Below are positions 48,166 through 58,218 of a stretch of 64,000 nt of DNA, piece by piece. Origin of the DNA: an uncultured Bacteroidaceae bacterium (GTDB lineage: Bacteria > Bacteroidota > Bacteroidia > Bacteroidales > GCA-2748055); NCBI GenBank assembly GCA_964595055.1, contig CAZQOV010000001.1, positions 1,360 through 65,359 on the forward strand, given 5' to 3'. The first letter of the stretch is position 1. Every line of letters begins with the position of its first letter. A program made the position numbers and the translations under genes. Below the pieces are notes generated by a model, which was not told the origin of the DNA, searched no databases, and saw nothing but the letters and a program-made list of their open reading frames with translations.

Positions 48166-49115
48166 TTCCTTTCAATTTTTTGGTTTAAAACCTCCATCAG
48201 GGACCTGAATTTGTCTTTTGAAAGACTTACCTGTTGAAAGATGTCCTCAATATCCTGCTTTCTGATCTTCTCGAAATCTTTCTCAAGAGGAGTAATCATT
48301 GTGCCACCATAATCGACAGATGCCGGACTAAGCAGTATATTCTCCCTGCCCTCTTCAAAAAATTGCCAGGGGCGGTGTTTTTCCCTTAAAAAAACATATA
48401 CCTGCCATTGACCGGTATAGGTAGAAAGAATATTCATCATTGGTTCTTTTCCCCCATTAATTTCACTACAGAAATCATATATCATTTGAAAAACTTCACT
48501 CAGGTTTTCCCTTTTATCCGATTCAAGAAAAAGAAACCGGCGAAGACCATCATCTATTCCTGTCACCTTTATTTCTTCAGTTCCCGGGATCACTTTTCCA
48601 TAATGCTCTTCTAAACTTCTTATTTCCTCAGTAATTGGCATCAACCCGAAATTTCCCGCCTGGAAATGAAGGTGATCCGGAGCAGAAGCTCCACAGTTGG
48701 GTGCATTATAAAAAACAATCAGTTCTGACAAATCCTGGCTTATCTGTAAAAAATCGGAAAAATAATTCTCAATTTTCTGGGGCGTATGTTTTAAATATGA
48801 GAGGGTAAAATGTTTTCGAAAAATTGGAAATGGATTACAAAGAAATTCATATTTGTCAAGGTATAAAACACTTTTTTGCTCAACTGGACGGTTTGTTTCG
48901 CAAAGGAAACATGCCCTTTTGTTAATCGAATCTTTATCGACTTTTGCAGAAGAAGATGTGATTCGTTCAGGATTGAACTGAACGTTAATTAAAAAATTTT
49001 CGAAAGCATACTCCCGGATCCTGGCAGATTCCAGGCCCTCGAGATTCTTTCGCAGCAAATCCCATTCTTTACTTTGATTCTCAAAGAGTTTATTTATCTT
49101 TTTCTGGTAGCTCAT
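48162..49115 (-). CDS. HIT-superfamily-like protein with HxHxQ motif (GalT/Apa/GDP-L-galactose-phosphorylase branch; resembles DUF4922 from memory)
   Basis: Contains APDHLHFQAG and an upstream CFLC. I set the start to the ATG at 49115 (MSYQKKINKLF), which removes a 44-nt overlap with the GT2 gene. There is a 4-nt overlap with the GNAT gene. Confidence 0.72.
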   Translation of the reverse strand: MSYQKKINKLFENQSKEWDLLRKNLEGLESARIREYAFENFLINVQFNPERITSSSAKVDKDSINKRACFLCETNRPVEQKSVLYLDKYEFLCNPFPIFRKHFTLSYLKHTPQKIENYFSDFLQISQDLSELIVFYNAPNCGASAPDHLHFQAGNFGLMPITEEIRSLEEHYGKVIPGTEEIKVTGIDDGLRRFLFLESDKRENLSEVFQMIYDFCSEINGGKEPMMNILSTYTGQWQVYVFLREKHRPWQFFEEGRENILLSPASVDYGGTMITPLEKDFEKIRKQDIEDIFQQVSLSKDKFRSLMEVLNQKIERK

Positions 49116-49122
49116 GGTATTC

Positions 49123-50589
49123 TCATTCGTTTTCCCTGTTGAATTTTTGTCGTGCCAGGAGTTCAATCGTCCTGATTCTGTCTTTATAAAAATTATGTGT
49201 ATTCATGGCTTCAATGCTTAATGCAGCATCCGTGTTGTCCTCCCATCTGCGACAAAGGTAAACAGGAGTATAGATTCTGCCAATCCGGTATTTTCGGCTA
49301 ATGGCAAGACCAACGGCATAATCCTCCCCGTAACTCACATTGGGTATTTTAATTTTTCTCAGTACCGGGGTATAAAATGCTCTTGGGGCACCAAGACCAT
49401 TTATCCTGAGTGCATTATTCGGACCGTTATCCGGTGTCCATTCTTTATGATCGATTATTCCGGGGGGAATTTTCTGTAAATCGAAATTGGTCATTTTGTA
49501 GGAGCCAATAACCATGGCACATTTTTCAACAAAGAAAACCTTGATAATGCTCTCCAGGGTATTCTCATCCAGGTAAAGATCATCACTGTCGAGCTGGACA
49601 GCAAACCGGCCGCACTGTTCATTATGAATGGCAAGATTCCAGCATCCACCAATTCCAAGGTCTTTCCTTTCGGGTATCAGATGGATTAGATCCGCATATG
49701 TTTCAGCATAAGCGTTGATAATCTCTGAAGTTTTATCGCTGGAATGATTGTCTACAATGATGAGATTATATTTGAAAGTAGTCTTCTGATTCATTACCGA
49801 TTCAATAGCATCGGCAATGGTTCTCTCCCGGTTTCTTACGGGAACGATCACAGATGCAGTAACCGGAAAATCTCCTTTACTCAAATCCACCTCAGCGAAT
49901 TCGGGTTCCAGATAGCCTCCCGTTTGTTTGAGAAATGAGGTGGCAGCCTTTTCCATTTCAATCTGGACTTCTCTGTTTTTCGGATCTACATAATCAAATA
50001 TTTTTTTCCCTGACGTGCGTAAATCTTCCTGAATAACAGAATAAAGGAATTCCGGTATACGGATAAAGGAATTCTCAATACTAAGGGCAAGTCTGAGCTG
50101 GTACCACCCGGCAAATTGGAACTCTTCAACCAGATAACTCAACGATTTTTTCAGGGCTTGTGTGCGGAAAAACAATACAGGTCCGAAATCAAAATCATCT
50201 CTTAAACTGCCGGCCTGATAATCAATAACCGGATGAGCCATGGACACTCCCTTACTGATATCCTGATAATCGGAATAAAGCAACCCAGCATCAGTATCTT
50301 GCGCAACAGAAAGAAACCGTTCAACAAAAAACTGTCCGGCTTCAATTTTATTCTCGCTATTAATAAATAAGGTATAGGCTGAATTTGAAGTTTCTATAAG
50401 TTTTTTCAGGCTACTGGTACTTTTTATATCAGGAAGATCAAGACGATCAAAGTTTTCAAATTCGGATGGAAGGGGTTCAGCGGACAAAATTATGATCCTG
50501 CTGGTAAGTTTGGAATCTTTCACTTCCTTTAGGAATTGATCCGAGGCTAAAGCTGTAGCGAGTGGAATAAAGCAATCGATGTTTTGCAT
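49123..50589 (-). CDS. family-2 glycosyltransferase with an extra N-terminal GT-A-like half
   Basis: C-terminal GT2 domain [42 protein letters not shown]. The N-terminal ~240 aa are unassigned. No TM segment. Confidence 0.86.
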   Translation of the reverse strand: MQNIDCFIPLATALASDQFLKEVKDSKLTSRIIILSAEPLPSEFENFDRLDLPDIKSTSSLKKLIETSNSAYTLFINSENKIEAGQFFVERFLSVAQDTDAGLLYSDYQDISKGVSMAHPVIDYQAGSLRDDFDFGPVLFFRTQALKKSLSYLVEEFQFAGWYQLRLALSIENSFIRIPEFLYSVIQEDLRTSGKKIFDYVDPKNREVQIEMEKAATSFLKQTGGYLEPEFAEVDLSKGDFPVTASVIVPVRNRERTIADAIESVMNQKTTFKYNLIIVDNHSSDKTSEIINAYAETYADLIHLIPERKDLGIGGCWNLAIHNEQCGRFAVQLDSDDLYLDENTLESIIKVFFVEKCAMVIGSYKMTNFDLQKIPPGIIDHKEWTPDNGPNNALRINGLGAPRAFYTPVLRKIKIPNVSYGEDYAVGLAISRKYRIGRIYTPVYLCRRWEDNTDAALSIEAMNTHNFYKDRIRTIELLARQKFNRENE

Positions 50590-50625
50590 AATAGATTATT
50601 CAATTTGCCGGTTAAAATAAAGTAC

Positions 50626-52158
50626 TTATTCGAGTATCCTGTTTAGCAGGCTTTGCTTCTCAATTTTTAGGGTATCCGATAACTGACTTTCATTGTAGAG
50701 GCGGTCAAGAGCGGAAACCCGGTATATCCCTTCCGGAATCCAGTCATCCGGAAAATCGATATAATTATTTCCGGTAATTTCAATAATATTCTCCGGTCGT
50801 TTCAGCATTCTAAGTGCATTTCTGTCATAACGATAAACCACAAAAAATCTTCCCTGATTCATTTCAATGGTGTCGGCAGGAGGATCCCAATAAATCCTGT
50901 TGCGCTCCCTTCTGAGTCCGGTTGGCATTTGGGGTGTAACATTATCTATCCAGGGCATTCTGGGAACAAGAGCAATATTTTCAAGGTACTTCCGACTCAA
51001 CTTTCTATCGAATGACCTAAGATCCTTTCTGAAAAAATGCTTACTACTGAAAAAACCAAATCCGTCAACCGGTTGAAGCGTTCTTATCAATTCAATCTGG
51101 TCAAAGAAATGTCTTTTTCTTCTCCACAACTTTTGATCCGATTTTCTATCGATACGGTAAGGAGCAAGCCCGAAGTACATGGCCCTTCCATAATCCTGAT
51201 CAGCCCACCAGTATGCCAGGGTAGAAAAATCTGCCACAGGATGATCATCTCTCCAGTACAGCTGAGGCATGAGGTAATCGATCCAGCCCTCCTTCTGCCA
51301 TTTTAAAACATCCGCAAAAAGGGCATCATAATTGGTAGTGCCGGCTCTTGTTTCGGATCCACGGGGATCTTCAATTCGATTTCTCCATACTCCAAAAGGA
51401 CTGATTCCGAATTTCACCCAGGGTTTCTCGGTTTTGATGGCATCGCTTAAAATTTGAATGATGGTATCCACATTCTGACGTCTCCATTCCGCTTTTCTGT
51501 CAGGATAAAAAATACCCCCTCTTTCCTTAAAAACATTCTCATCCGGAATTTCAGCGCCGGCTATTTTATATGGATAGAAATAATCATCAAAATGGACGGC
51601 ATCTATATCATAATTCCTGACCACCTCCACAACCACATTTTTAACAAATTCCCAGACTTCCGGATTATCAGGAGCAAAGTATAAGCGGTCTCCGTATTCG
51701 AAGGCCCATTCCGGGTGTGTGTGAACTACATGGTTTTCAGCAAGAGAATCACTAAGATGCTGCTTTATACGATAAGGATTAAACCATGCGTGTAATTCCA
51801 TGCCCCGTTCATGAGCTTCATCTATCCAGAAGTGTAAAGGATCATAATAGGGTTCCGGCTGCACACCTTGTGTACCGCTGAGATACCTTGACCATGGCTC
51901 CAGCGATGAATTATAAATGGCGTCTGCAGCCGGACGCACCTGGAGAATGATGGCGTTCATCCCGCTTTTTTTATGGTGATTCAGGATCTGAATCACTTCA
52001 TTCTGCTGTTCAGCAGTAGTCAATCCGGGTTTTGACGGCCAGTCTATATTTGCTACTGTAGCAACCCATACGGCTCGAAATTCTCTTTTCGGCGGCTGAC
52101 CGAAACTTAGGGAATATAAAAACAAACAAAGGATGTAAATCAATACCAGTAGTTTCAT
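50626..52158 (-). CDS. glycosyl-hydrolase-like family 10 (GHL10 / former DUF187, YngK-like) secreted protein
   Basis: Signal peptide MKLLVLIYILCLFLYSLSFG followed by REFRAVWVATVANIDWPS..MNAIILQVRP..ELHAWFNP. I set the start to the ATG at 52158; the track start is 52191. Confidence 0.86.
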   Translation of the reverse strand: MKLLVLIYILCLFLYSLSFGQPPKREFRAVWVATVANIDWPSKPGLTTAEQQNEVIQILNHHKKSGMNAIILQVRPAADAIYNSSLEPWSRYLSGTQGVQPEPYYDPLHFWIDEAHERGMELHAWFNPYRIKQHLSDSLAENHVVHTHPEWAFEYGDRLYFAPDNPEVWEFVKNVVVEVVRNYDIDAVHFDDYFYPYKIAGAEIPDENVFKERGGIFYPDRKAEWRRQNVDTIIQILSDAIKTEKPWVKFGISPFGVWRNRIEDPRGSETRAGTTNYDALFADVLKWQKEGWIDYLMPQLYWRDDHPVADFSTLAYWWADQDYGRAMYFGLAPYRIDRKSDQKLWRRKRHFFDQIELIRTLQPVDGFGFFSSKHFFRKDLRSFDRKLSRKYLENIALVPRMPWIDNVTPQMPTGLRRERNRIYWDPPADTIEMNQGRFFVVYRYDRNALRMLKRPENIIEITGNNYIDFPDDWIPEGIYRVSALDRLYNESQLSDTLKIEKQSLLNRILE

Positions 52159-52563
52159 ACAATAATGTTTATTAAAAGCGTACCCAGACATAATACAAAA
52201 AGAAATGCAAATCGAACCATAAAACTACAAAAATTTGCCTAATTACAAATTGGTATTATATCATTCATATTACTATTTAATGTTAAATAACATAATTGAT
52301 AGCTATTCTATTTCTGTATCACCTTTTATATTTGTATATAATTAATTCCTGTTAAATAACTGATTTTAAGGTTTTGAAACAGGCATATTCTTCCCTGCCA
52401 ATTATTTGTACTAAAAAAATAACCGCAAAAACACAAAGACAGGAATTGGCTATTTTTATAACATATTTTAATTTTTGTATTACAAGTTACAAATTTTGAA
52501 TTTTACCATTCATTCTTCGATTATTGAAACAACATTTTAATAAAAACCAAAAACTCAATTGCT

Positions 52564-53988
52564 ATGAAGAAATCTTTACTTTTCAGTATTATCTTTTCTG
52601 TTTCACTTTTTCATCAGGGATTCTCCCAGGGAGAGATCTCTTTTGTAGAAGTGTGGGCGCATTTTGGTGAGGATGCTCCTGAGTGGTTTACCGATGGTTC
52701 TGAAGTGGAAGAAGGTGACAATTCCTTTGCGGGAGTAGAAAGAGGAATTGTCTACAGTGATTATTCGGGACATGTATATGTATCCAGTCGTCATGCAGAG
52801 GATACCGATGATGACGGAGTACTCGATCAGGGGGAACCTCATGTATATATACTTGACCCAATGACGGGAGAAGCACCTCCTGTCGGTGTTTCCCAGCTTC
52901 TTACCACAGGAATTACTTCCGGCGAACCTGCATTTGGAGGGGGTTATCCTATAAATAATGTTGTAACAACTGAAGACGGTAGCATATTTGCCTGCAATAT
53001 GACCCTTGCATCAGGTCCGGATATCATTGGCGAAGATGGTGCAGTTACCATTAAGGCATTTCGCGTATACCGATGGAGTTGGGAACAGGACATTCCAACC
53101 ATGATCATCGACTATAAAGAAGGGGGCTACCGGTTAGGGGACAAATTCAGTGTTCATGGCAACTGGGATACCGAAGCCCAGATCTATGCAGCACCCGGGG
53201 AAAGCAATAAACTTCTTCGCTGGAATGTAAATGCTGGGGTTGTATCTGAAGAACCCGAGGTAATTACGCTTCAGGACATTACAAATGCCGGTACTTCCAT
53301 AACGATAGCCGATGTTCCTTCCAAGGAGGACTGGATTTATGTAAGTGGCAGAGGGTTCATGCCCACTCTTTTTACCACCGAAGGGGTGAACCTCACACAG
53401 GTAGCGATAGATACTGACGGCTTTCCGGGTACACCCGTAGCGGGCCGCACCCATGAATTTGGCGGAAAATTATACATGGCCATGTTCTCGGATAATCAAA
53501 GTGCTTTCATTTTTGACATTTCAAAACACGGAGAAAATGTGACCAATGCTGATGTAATTGGCTTCACACCCAGCTTTGGTACTGAATTCGAAAATGCTTA
53601 TGGAGAAGGTGCAGTAGATCTTGCCACCATTGACGGACAGCTTTATGTTTACATCTGCGGCCCGAGTAATGGAATTGCATGCTACAGGATCGACGGATTG
53701 GAAACCTCGGTTGAACGTTATGAAACCAATGAATATTCGGTTTCAGCATACCCCAATCCTGCCAGCGATCAGGCAATAGTAAGCTTCACTCTTCCTTCAG
53801 ATGCCAGCGGAGTAGTTTCTGTGAAAGTATTTGACCTATCAGGTAAATTCATGGGAATTGTGGCTGATAAAGCCCGTCCGGGAAAACAGGAGATGCATTT
53901 GGACGTATCAGACTACCCTTCAGGGACTTACATGATTAAGGCCGTTTATGGAAACAAATACTCATCAAATAAGCTTATCATCAAATAA
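52564..53988 (+). CDS. secreted protein of unknown function with T9SS (Por) C-terminal sorting domain
   Basis: Signal peptide MKKSLLFSIIFSVSLFHQGFS. The last ~83 aa (53737..53985) are YPNPASDQAIVSF..VKVFDLSGK..GTYMIKAV, a type-A T9SS CTD pattern. Confidence 0.8.
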   Translation: MKKSLLFSIIFSVSLFHQGFSQGEISFVEVWAHFGEDAPEWFTDGSEVEEGDNSFAGVERGIVYSDYSGHVYVSSRHAEDTDDDGVLDQGEPHVYILDPMTGEAPPVGVSQLLTTGITSGEPAFGGGYPINNVVTTEDGSIFACNMTLASGPDIIGEDGAVTIKAFRVYRWSWEQDIPTMIIDYKEGGYRLGDKFSVHGNWDTEAQIYAAPGESNKLLRWNVNAGVVSEEPEVITLQDITNAGTSITIADVPSKEDWIYVSGRGFMPTLFTTEGVNLTQVAIDTDGFPGTPVAGRTHEFGGKLYMAMFSDNQSAFIFDISKHGENVTNADVIGFTPSFGTEFENAYGEGAVDLATIDGQLYVYICGPSNGIACYRIDGLETSVERYETNEYSVSAYPNPASDQAIVSFTLPSDASGVVSVKVFDLSGKFMGIVADKARPGKQEMHLDVSDYPSGTYMIKAVYGNKYSSNKLIIK

Positions 53989-54023
53989 ATGATTCTCTAA
54001 TTATTAATTAAAACCAACTAAAA

Positions 54024-57000
54024 ATGAAAAGAACGTGTACAATTATGTCTCTTTTTATTATGGTCTTTCTTTTGGGAAATATCATGGTAAAGGCACAACC
54101 TGCTGAAGTGTGGAACATCGAACCTGACTGGAATACCGGCAAGGACAAAAGAGGTATTGCCTACAATGTTTTAACCAACCATATTTATGTAGCCGGAACG
54201 GCTGGTAGCGCAACAGAAGCAGCCGATCCGGCATTGAATCAAATTCATGTACTGAATGCAGCCGATGGTTCTCTGGTTAAAACACTTACGCTTGACCCTC
54301 TTACAATCGCCTCAAACGGTTATGGCATTAGAGATGTAGCCGTAAGCGACGATGGCGGACTATTGGCAACAATCACCACCACCAATAATTTCAATCCCCA
54401 AAAGCTTTATTACTGGGAAAACGAAGATGCAGATCCGGTGCTTCTCTGGGAAGACCAATCCGGAAATGATATTGACTTTGGTCCCGGTTTTGATGTACAT
54501 GGAGATATGAATGAGGAAGCCTGTATTATTATTCCGTTTTTCGAAGAAGCAAGTGTATATTATTTCGAGGTTACCAACGGAAATATAGCAGATCCTGTTA
54601 CGCTGGCCCTTACAAATGTCGATGCTGGAGGAAATGCAACAGTTCAGGTACTGGGAACAAAAATATCGGATGGCTTCTGGTACAATAACACAACATTAAA
54701 CCAACCTTCCTTAATTGATGGAACAGGAAATACAATTGGTTCAATCCCTGCAGGGATTTTTTCCGGACAAACTCATGATGTAGAGCAGTTTGGTGTCGGA
54801 GACATGACATATCTTGCTGTTGGAGAAGACAGCCTCGTCCAAATCATTGATATTACGGATAAGGCTGCTGATTTCTCCGATGTAGGCTCAGAAGACAGTG
54901 TTACAGAAATAACCGGAAAATCCGCCATTGCCGCAGGTTGGCCCCCTGAGTTTGGTACTGGTCATGAACTCGAAACGATGGGGCTGCCTGATGGTTCATT
55001 TGTGGTTTACTCACTTTCGGGTGGCAATTACATTAAAGCTAATGCCACTGAAGGAGCTCCTTTTGCTACAAATGTAATGTTTAGCGGATTCGCGATGGTT
55101 GATTCCACTGTGGAAATTTCTTATCAATATGTAGATATCAACGGTGATCCAGAAGGTTCATCTGAAATAAAATGGTTCTTATCTGATGATGAAGCAGGTA
55201 CAAATAAAACAGAAATCGTAGCCAATCAGAATAATCTGACTTACACAGTGACCAGTGAGGATGTAGGCAAATATCTGTCTTATTCCATATTAGCCATTGC
55301 CTCCAGTGGAACCGCCTCCGACGAATCTCATGTATTTGAATCCGGATTTATCGGTCCCCTCGCTCCTGGCGATGCAAGATATCCTGTCGCTTCCGATCTG
55401 GCAATCACAGGCCCTATAGCTGTTGATGAAGTATTGCAGGGTTCCTATACCTATTTTGATGAGAATGGAGATCTTGAGGGAAAATCCATAATCAAATGGT
55501 ATACCGCTGATGATACCATAGGTACAAACATGGAGGAAGTTGCTGATGGCACACTTGAATACAGAATTAAACCAGCTGATGATAATAAATACATCATGTT
55601 CAGTGTAACTCCCGTGGCTTCAACTGGCGTACTTCTTGAAGGAGATGAAGTGTCCGTTGTTTCCGATTCTGCTGTATTTTTCCCTGAACTTCCTCCCACA
55701 GCATCCGATGTAGCAATTACCGGCCGCGAAGAAGTGGCAGGAATTCTTACAGGAACATATACTTATACGGATCTCAATGATGATCCTGAAGGAAATACCA
55801 TTTTGAAATGGTACAGTGCCGATGCACTCGATGGAGCCAAAACAGAATTGGCTGCTGATACCAATCGTTATGAACTTGTTGCTGCCGATGAAGGAAAATA
55901 TATATTCTTCGGAGTTACTCCTGTAACTGAAGATGGTGAGGTTGGTGAAGAAGCGTTTGACACTACCGGTGTTATTGCTGCTGAGCCCGACCCGGAAGCT
56001 CCTGTAGCTACAGATGTTATGGTACACGGTACCCCCGAAGCAGGAGCTGTGGTTTATGGTACCTATACTTATACAGACCGCACTGATGATCCGGAAGGAA
56101 ATTCAATTATCAAGTGGTACACAGCAGATGATAAGGACGGAACCAATATGGTTCAGATTGATGGCGCTAATCGTTATACCCTCATTGTAGATGAGAATAT
56201 GATTGGTAAGCATCTGGTATTTGAAATTACTCCGGTTGCAACTGAAGGAGAACTTCTCGAAGGAGATCCTGTAACCGCAACCACTGAGGTCGCTGCTACA
56301 GCATCAACAAATGAGGGAGATTTTGACAGAGAATGGATACGTGCGAAAAAACTGGATGGCACTCCCGAATTTATAGGTACAGGTAGCACCGAACGTGGAT
56401 TTGCTGTTATAAGCGATCGTATTTATATTGCCAGCAGACTGGGAGGAACAAAGCTTCTTGTGGTTGATAAGGCAAATGGCGGACTTGTTAGCGAAATGAA
56501 CACGGAAGGAATGGATGTAGGTCTGTTCAAGATAAGCGATGTGGAAGTGTCAAATGATGGCCAGATTCTTGCCTGTCCACTGCAAATTAATACCAGTACA
56601 GCGCCATTTGTAATTTATAAATGGGAAAATGAACTTTCCGCACCAACCAAATTTATAGAATTCACCTCAACAGAAGCCTTGCGGCTGGGTGACAAATTTA
56701 CCGTGGTTGGAGATGTATCATCCGATGCTGTCATATACGCTGCAGCAGCAGCCGGAAATAAAGTGGTCCGGTGGGTTGTTACCGGCGGTATTGTGGATGA
56801 CGGTACTATCATTACTCTGGAGAATACTACCTCTATTGGATCCACTCCGTCAGTCGCCCCCTTTGATGCGAGCCCAACATCTGACTTTATTGTAGATGGG
56901 CGTGGATTCCAGGCGCAGATTTTTAACCATGAAGGATTGTATGTGGGAGCTATTGAGGGGGTAGGACAGAGCAATAACCAGTCCAATTCACCAAACATCT

Positions 57001-58121
57001 TCTACTTTAAAGACCGTACACTGGTGGCTTTCCATCAGAAGAATGAAGCAGGACAATGGAATGTCATTGTGAAGGATATCACTTCCGTTCCTCATATCGA
57101 AGTAGGCACTTCCGAAGTACTATCCACATCAAACCAGGAACTTGGCGGCGTTTATGTTCAGACAACTGAGGACAACTTCCATCTGTTCATGCTTTCAGCC
57201 AATGAAGGTCTTGCACACTGGACAGGTACACTAGAACTTCCCATGTTTGAATACGCGGAAACCAACCTTGAAGGTACTGAGATCAATGTAAGATTCAGTA
57301 AGAATATGCCTGATTCCATTGGCAATGCAACCGGATGGACCATCATGGCCGATACAGAAAATATAGGGATCGATACCATTTATGGAACGGGCACAGATCC
57401 AGAAGTACTGACTTTTGCTCTTGAAGCACCTGTTACTGAAGGACAGTCTGTAACTATCGCTTATGACGGAACCGGAAGCGTAACTGCATTTGATGGAATG
57501 CCCCTGAACCCCTTCCTTGCTGAGGCTGTAGTTAATCTTGTTGGTGCTGAAGCCCCCGTTGCTTCCGATGTTAGCCTTACAGGTGAAACCCGTGTTGGAG
57601 AAATACTTACAGGATCATATACATACTCAGATGCAAACGGCGACCTTGAAGAAGGAAGTCAGTATCAGTGGTACTATGCTTCGGATGCTCAAGGAAGCGA
57701 TATGCTCAAACTTCTTGGCGAAAATGACATCACTTACACAATCACAGAAGATGTTGCAGGTAAGTATGTTGCTTTTGAAGTTGTACCTGTCACTACTACA
57801 GGAGGAGAAGACTTCCTCGAGGGAGAACCTGCTATGTCTGACTGGGCATTTATTATCGGAGTAGGAATGGATAATGAATTGGCAAACACAGTAATGATTT
57901 ATCCGAATCCTGTAACCGATGTGCTTACAATCGACAATTGTTCGGACGTACAGTCTGTCACCCTCTTTGACCTGAGTGGTAAAGTGATAATGTCTGTTGA
58001 CAATCGTGGCGGGAATTCCATGAATATCAATATGGCTTCATACCAGAAAGGTATGTACATCCTTAAACTCACCGGAGAGAATGGCAATACCAGGATCGAA
58101 CGTGTAGTGAAATCTAAATAA
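54024..58121 (+). CDS. 1365-aa secreted multidomain protein with T9SS C-terminal sorting domain
   Basis: Signal peptide, two copies of the domain found in the preceding protein, five ~100-aa Ig-like repeats, and a CTD IYPNPVTDVLTI..VTLFDLSGK..GMYILKL (57891..58118). Confidence 0.85.
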   Translation: MKRTCTIMSLFIMVFLLGNIMVKAQPAEVWNIEPDWNTGKDKRGIAYNVLTNHIYVAGTAGSATEAADPALNQIHVLNAADGSLVKTLTLDPLTIASNGYGIRDVAVSDDGGLLATITTTNNFNPQKLYYWENEDADPVLLWEDQSGNDIDFGPGFDVHGDMNEEACIIIPFFEEASVYYFEVTNGNIADPVTLALTNVDAGGNATVQVLGTKISDGFWYNNTTLNQPSLIDGTGNTIGSIPAGIFSGQTHDVEQFGVGDMTYLAVGEDSLVQIIDITDKAADFSDVGSEDSVTEITGKSAIAAGWPPEFGTGHELETMGLPDGSFVVYSLSGGNYIKANATEGAPFATNVMFSGFAMVDSTVEISYQYVDINGDPEGSSEIKWFLSDDEAGTNKTEIVANQNNLTYTVTSEDVGKYLSYSILAIASSGTASDESHVFESGFIGPLAPGDARYPVASDLAITGPIAVDEVLQGSYTYFDENGDLEGKSIIKWYTADDTIGTNMEEVADGTLEYRIKPADDNKYIMFSVTPVASTGVLLEGDEVSVVSDSAVFFPELPPTASDVAITGREEVAGILTGTYTYTDLNDDPEGNTILKWYSADALDGAKTELAADTNRYELVAADEGKYIFFGVTPVTEDGEVGEEAFDTTGVIAAEPDPEAPVATDVMVHGTPEAGAVVYGTYTYTDRTDDPEGNSIIKWYTADDKDGTNMVQIDGANRYTLIVDENMIGKHLVFEITPVATEGELLEGDPVTATTEVAATASTNEGDFDREWIRAKKLDGTPEFIGTGSTERGFAVISDRIYIASRLGGTKLLVVDKANGGLVSEMNTEGMDVGLFKISDVEVSNDGQILACPLQINTSTAPFVIYKWENELSAPTKFIEFTSTEALRLGDKFTVVGDVSSDAVIYAAAAAGNKVVRWVVTGGIVDDGTIITLENTTSIGSTPSVAPFDASPTSDFIVDGRGFQAQIFNHEGLYVGAIEGVGQSNNQSNSPNIFYFKDRTLVAFHQKNEAGQWNVIVKDITSVPHIEVGTSEVLSTSNQELGGVYVQTTEDNFHLFMLSANEGLAHWTGTLELPMFEYAETNLEGTEINVRFSKNMPDSIGNATGWTIMADTENIGIDTIYGTGTDPEVLTFALEAPVTEGQSVTIAYDGTGSVTAFDGMPLNPFLAEAVVNLVGAEAPVASDVSLTGETRVGEILTGSYTYSDANGDLEEGSQYQWYYASDAQGSDMLKLLGENDITYTITEDVAGKYVAFEVVPVTTTGGEDFLEGEPAMSDWAFIIGVGMDNELANTVMIYPNPVTDVLTIDNCSDVQSVTLFDLSGKVIMSVDNRGGNSMNINMASYQKGMYILKLTGENGNTRIERVVKSK
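55056..56288 (+). repeat. four tandem ~100-aa coding repeats (fifth copy at 57552..57848)
   Basis: Recurrent pattern (A/P)PVA(S/T)DV.I.G....G..L.G.YTY.D..GD.EG.S..KWY.ADD..G.N......Y....D.GKY..F.VTPV. The copies are diverged at the DNA level. Confidence 0.8.
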
Positions 58122-58130
58122 TAGGGTTAT

Positions 58131-58165
58131 AAGAGGGCAGGGATGCCTGCCCTCTTGCCTTATTT
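58131..58165 (+). terminator. probable intrinsic terminator after the 1365-aa gene
   Basis: AAGAGGGCAGG-GAUG-CCUGCCCUCUU forms a perfect 11-bp stem, followed by a weak U-rich tail (UGCCUUAUUUAAUU). Confidence 0.55.
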
Positions 58166-58218
58166 AATTGTACTCACCATTCCACTCACTGAAGAAGGAT
58201 GCTGAGAAGACAAGAATA

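Noticed and set aside
49116-49166. 44-nt overlap between the HIT-like gene and the GT2 gene implied by the track
   Set aside because: An in-frame ATG at 49115 (MSYQKKINKLF) gives a 7-nt gap instead. The upstream 17 residues are hydrophilic filler, so there is no need to invoke an unusual overlap.
55451-57379. Several 70-135-aa minus-strand ORFs (55451..55699, 55620..56027, 56174..56389, 56615..56998, 57158..57379)
   Set aside because: All are antisense to the 1365-aa T9SS cargo gene, which has coherent domain structure, a signal peptide and a CTD.
55056-57848. Periodic ~300-nt repeats considered as a CRISPR or other non-coding array
   Set aside because: The repeats are in frame inside one long ORF and diverged at synonymous and non-synonymous sites. 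There is no short-repeat/spacer architecture, so they are protein-domain repeats.
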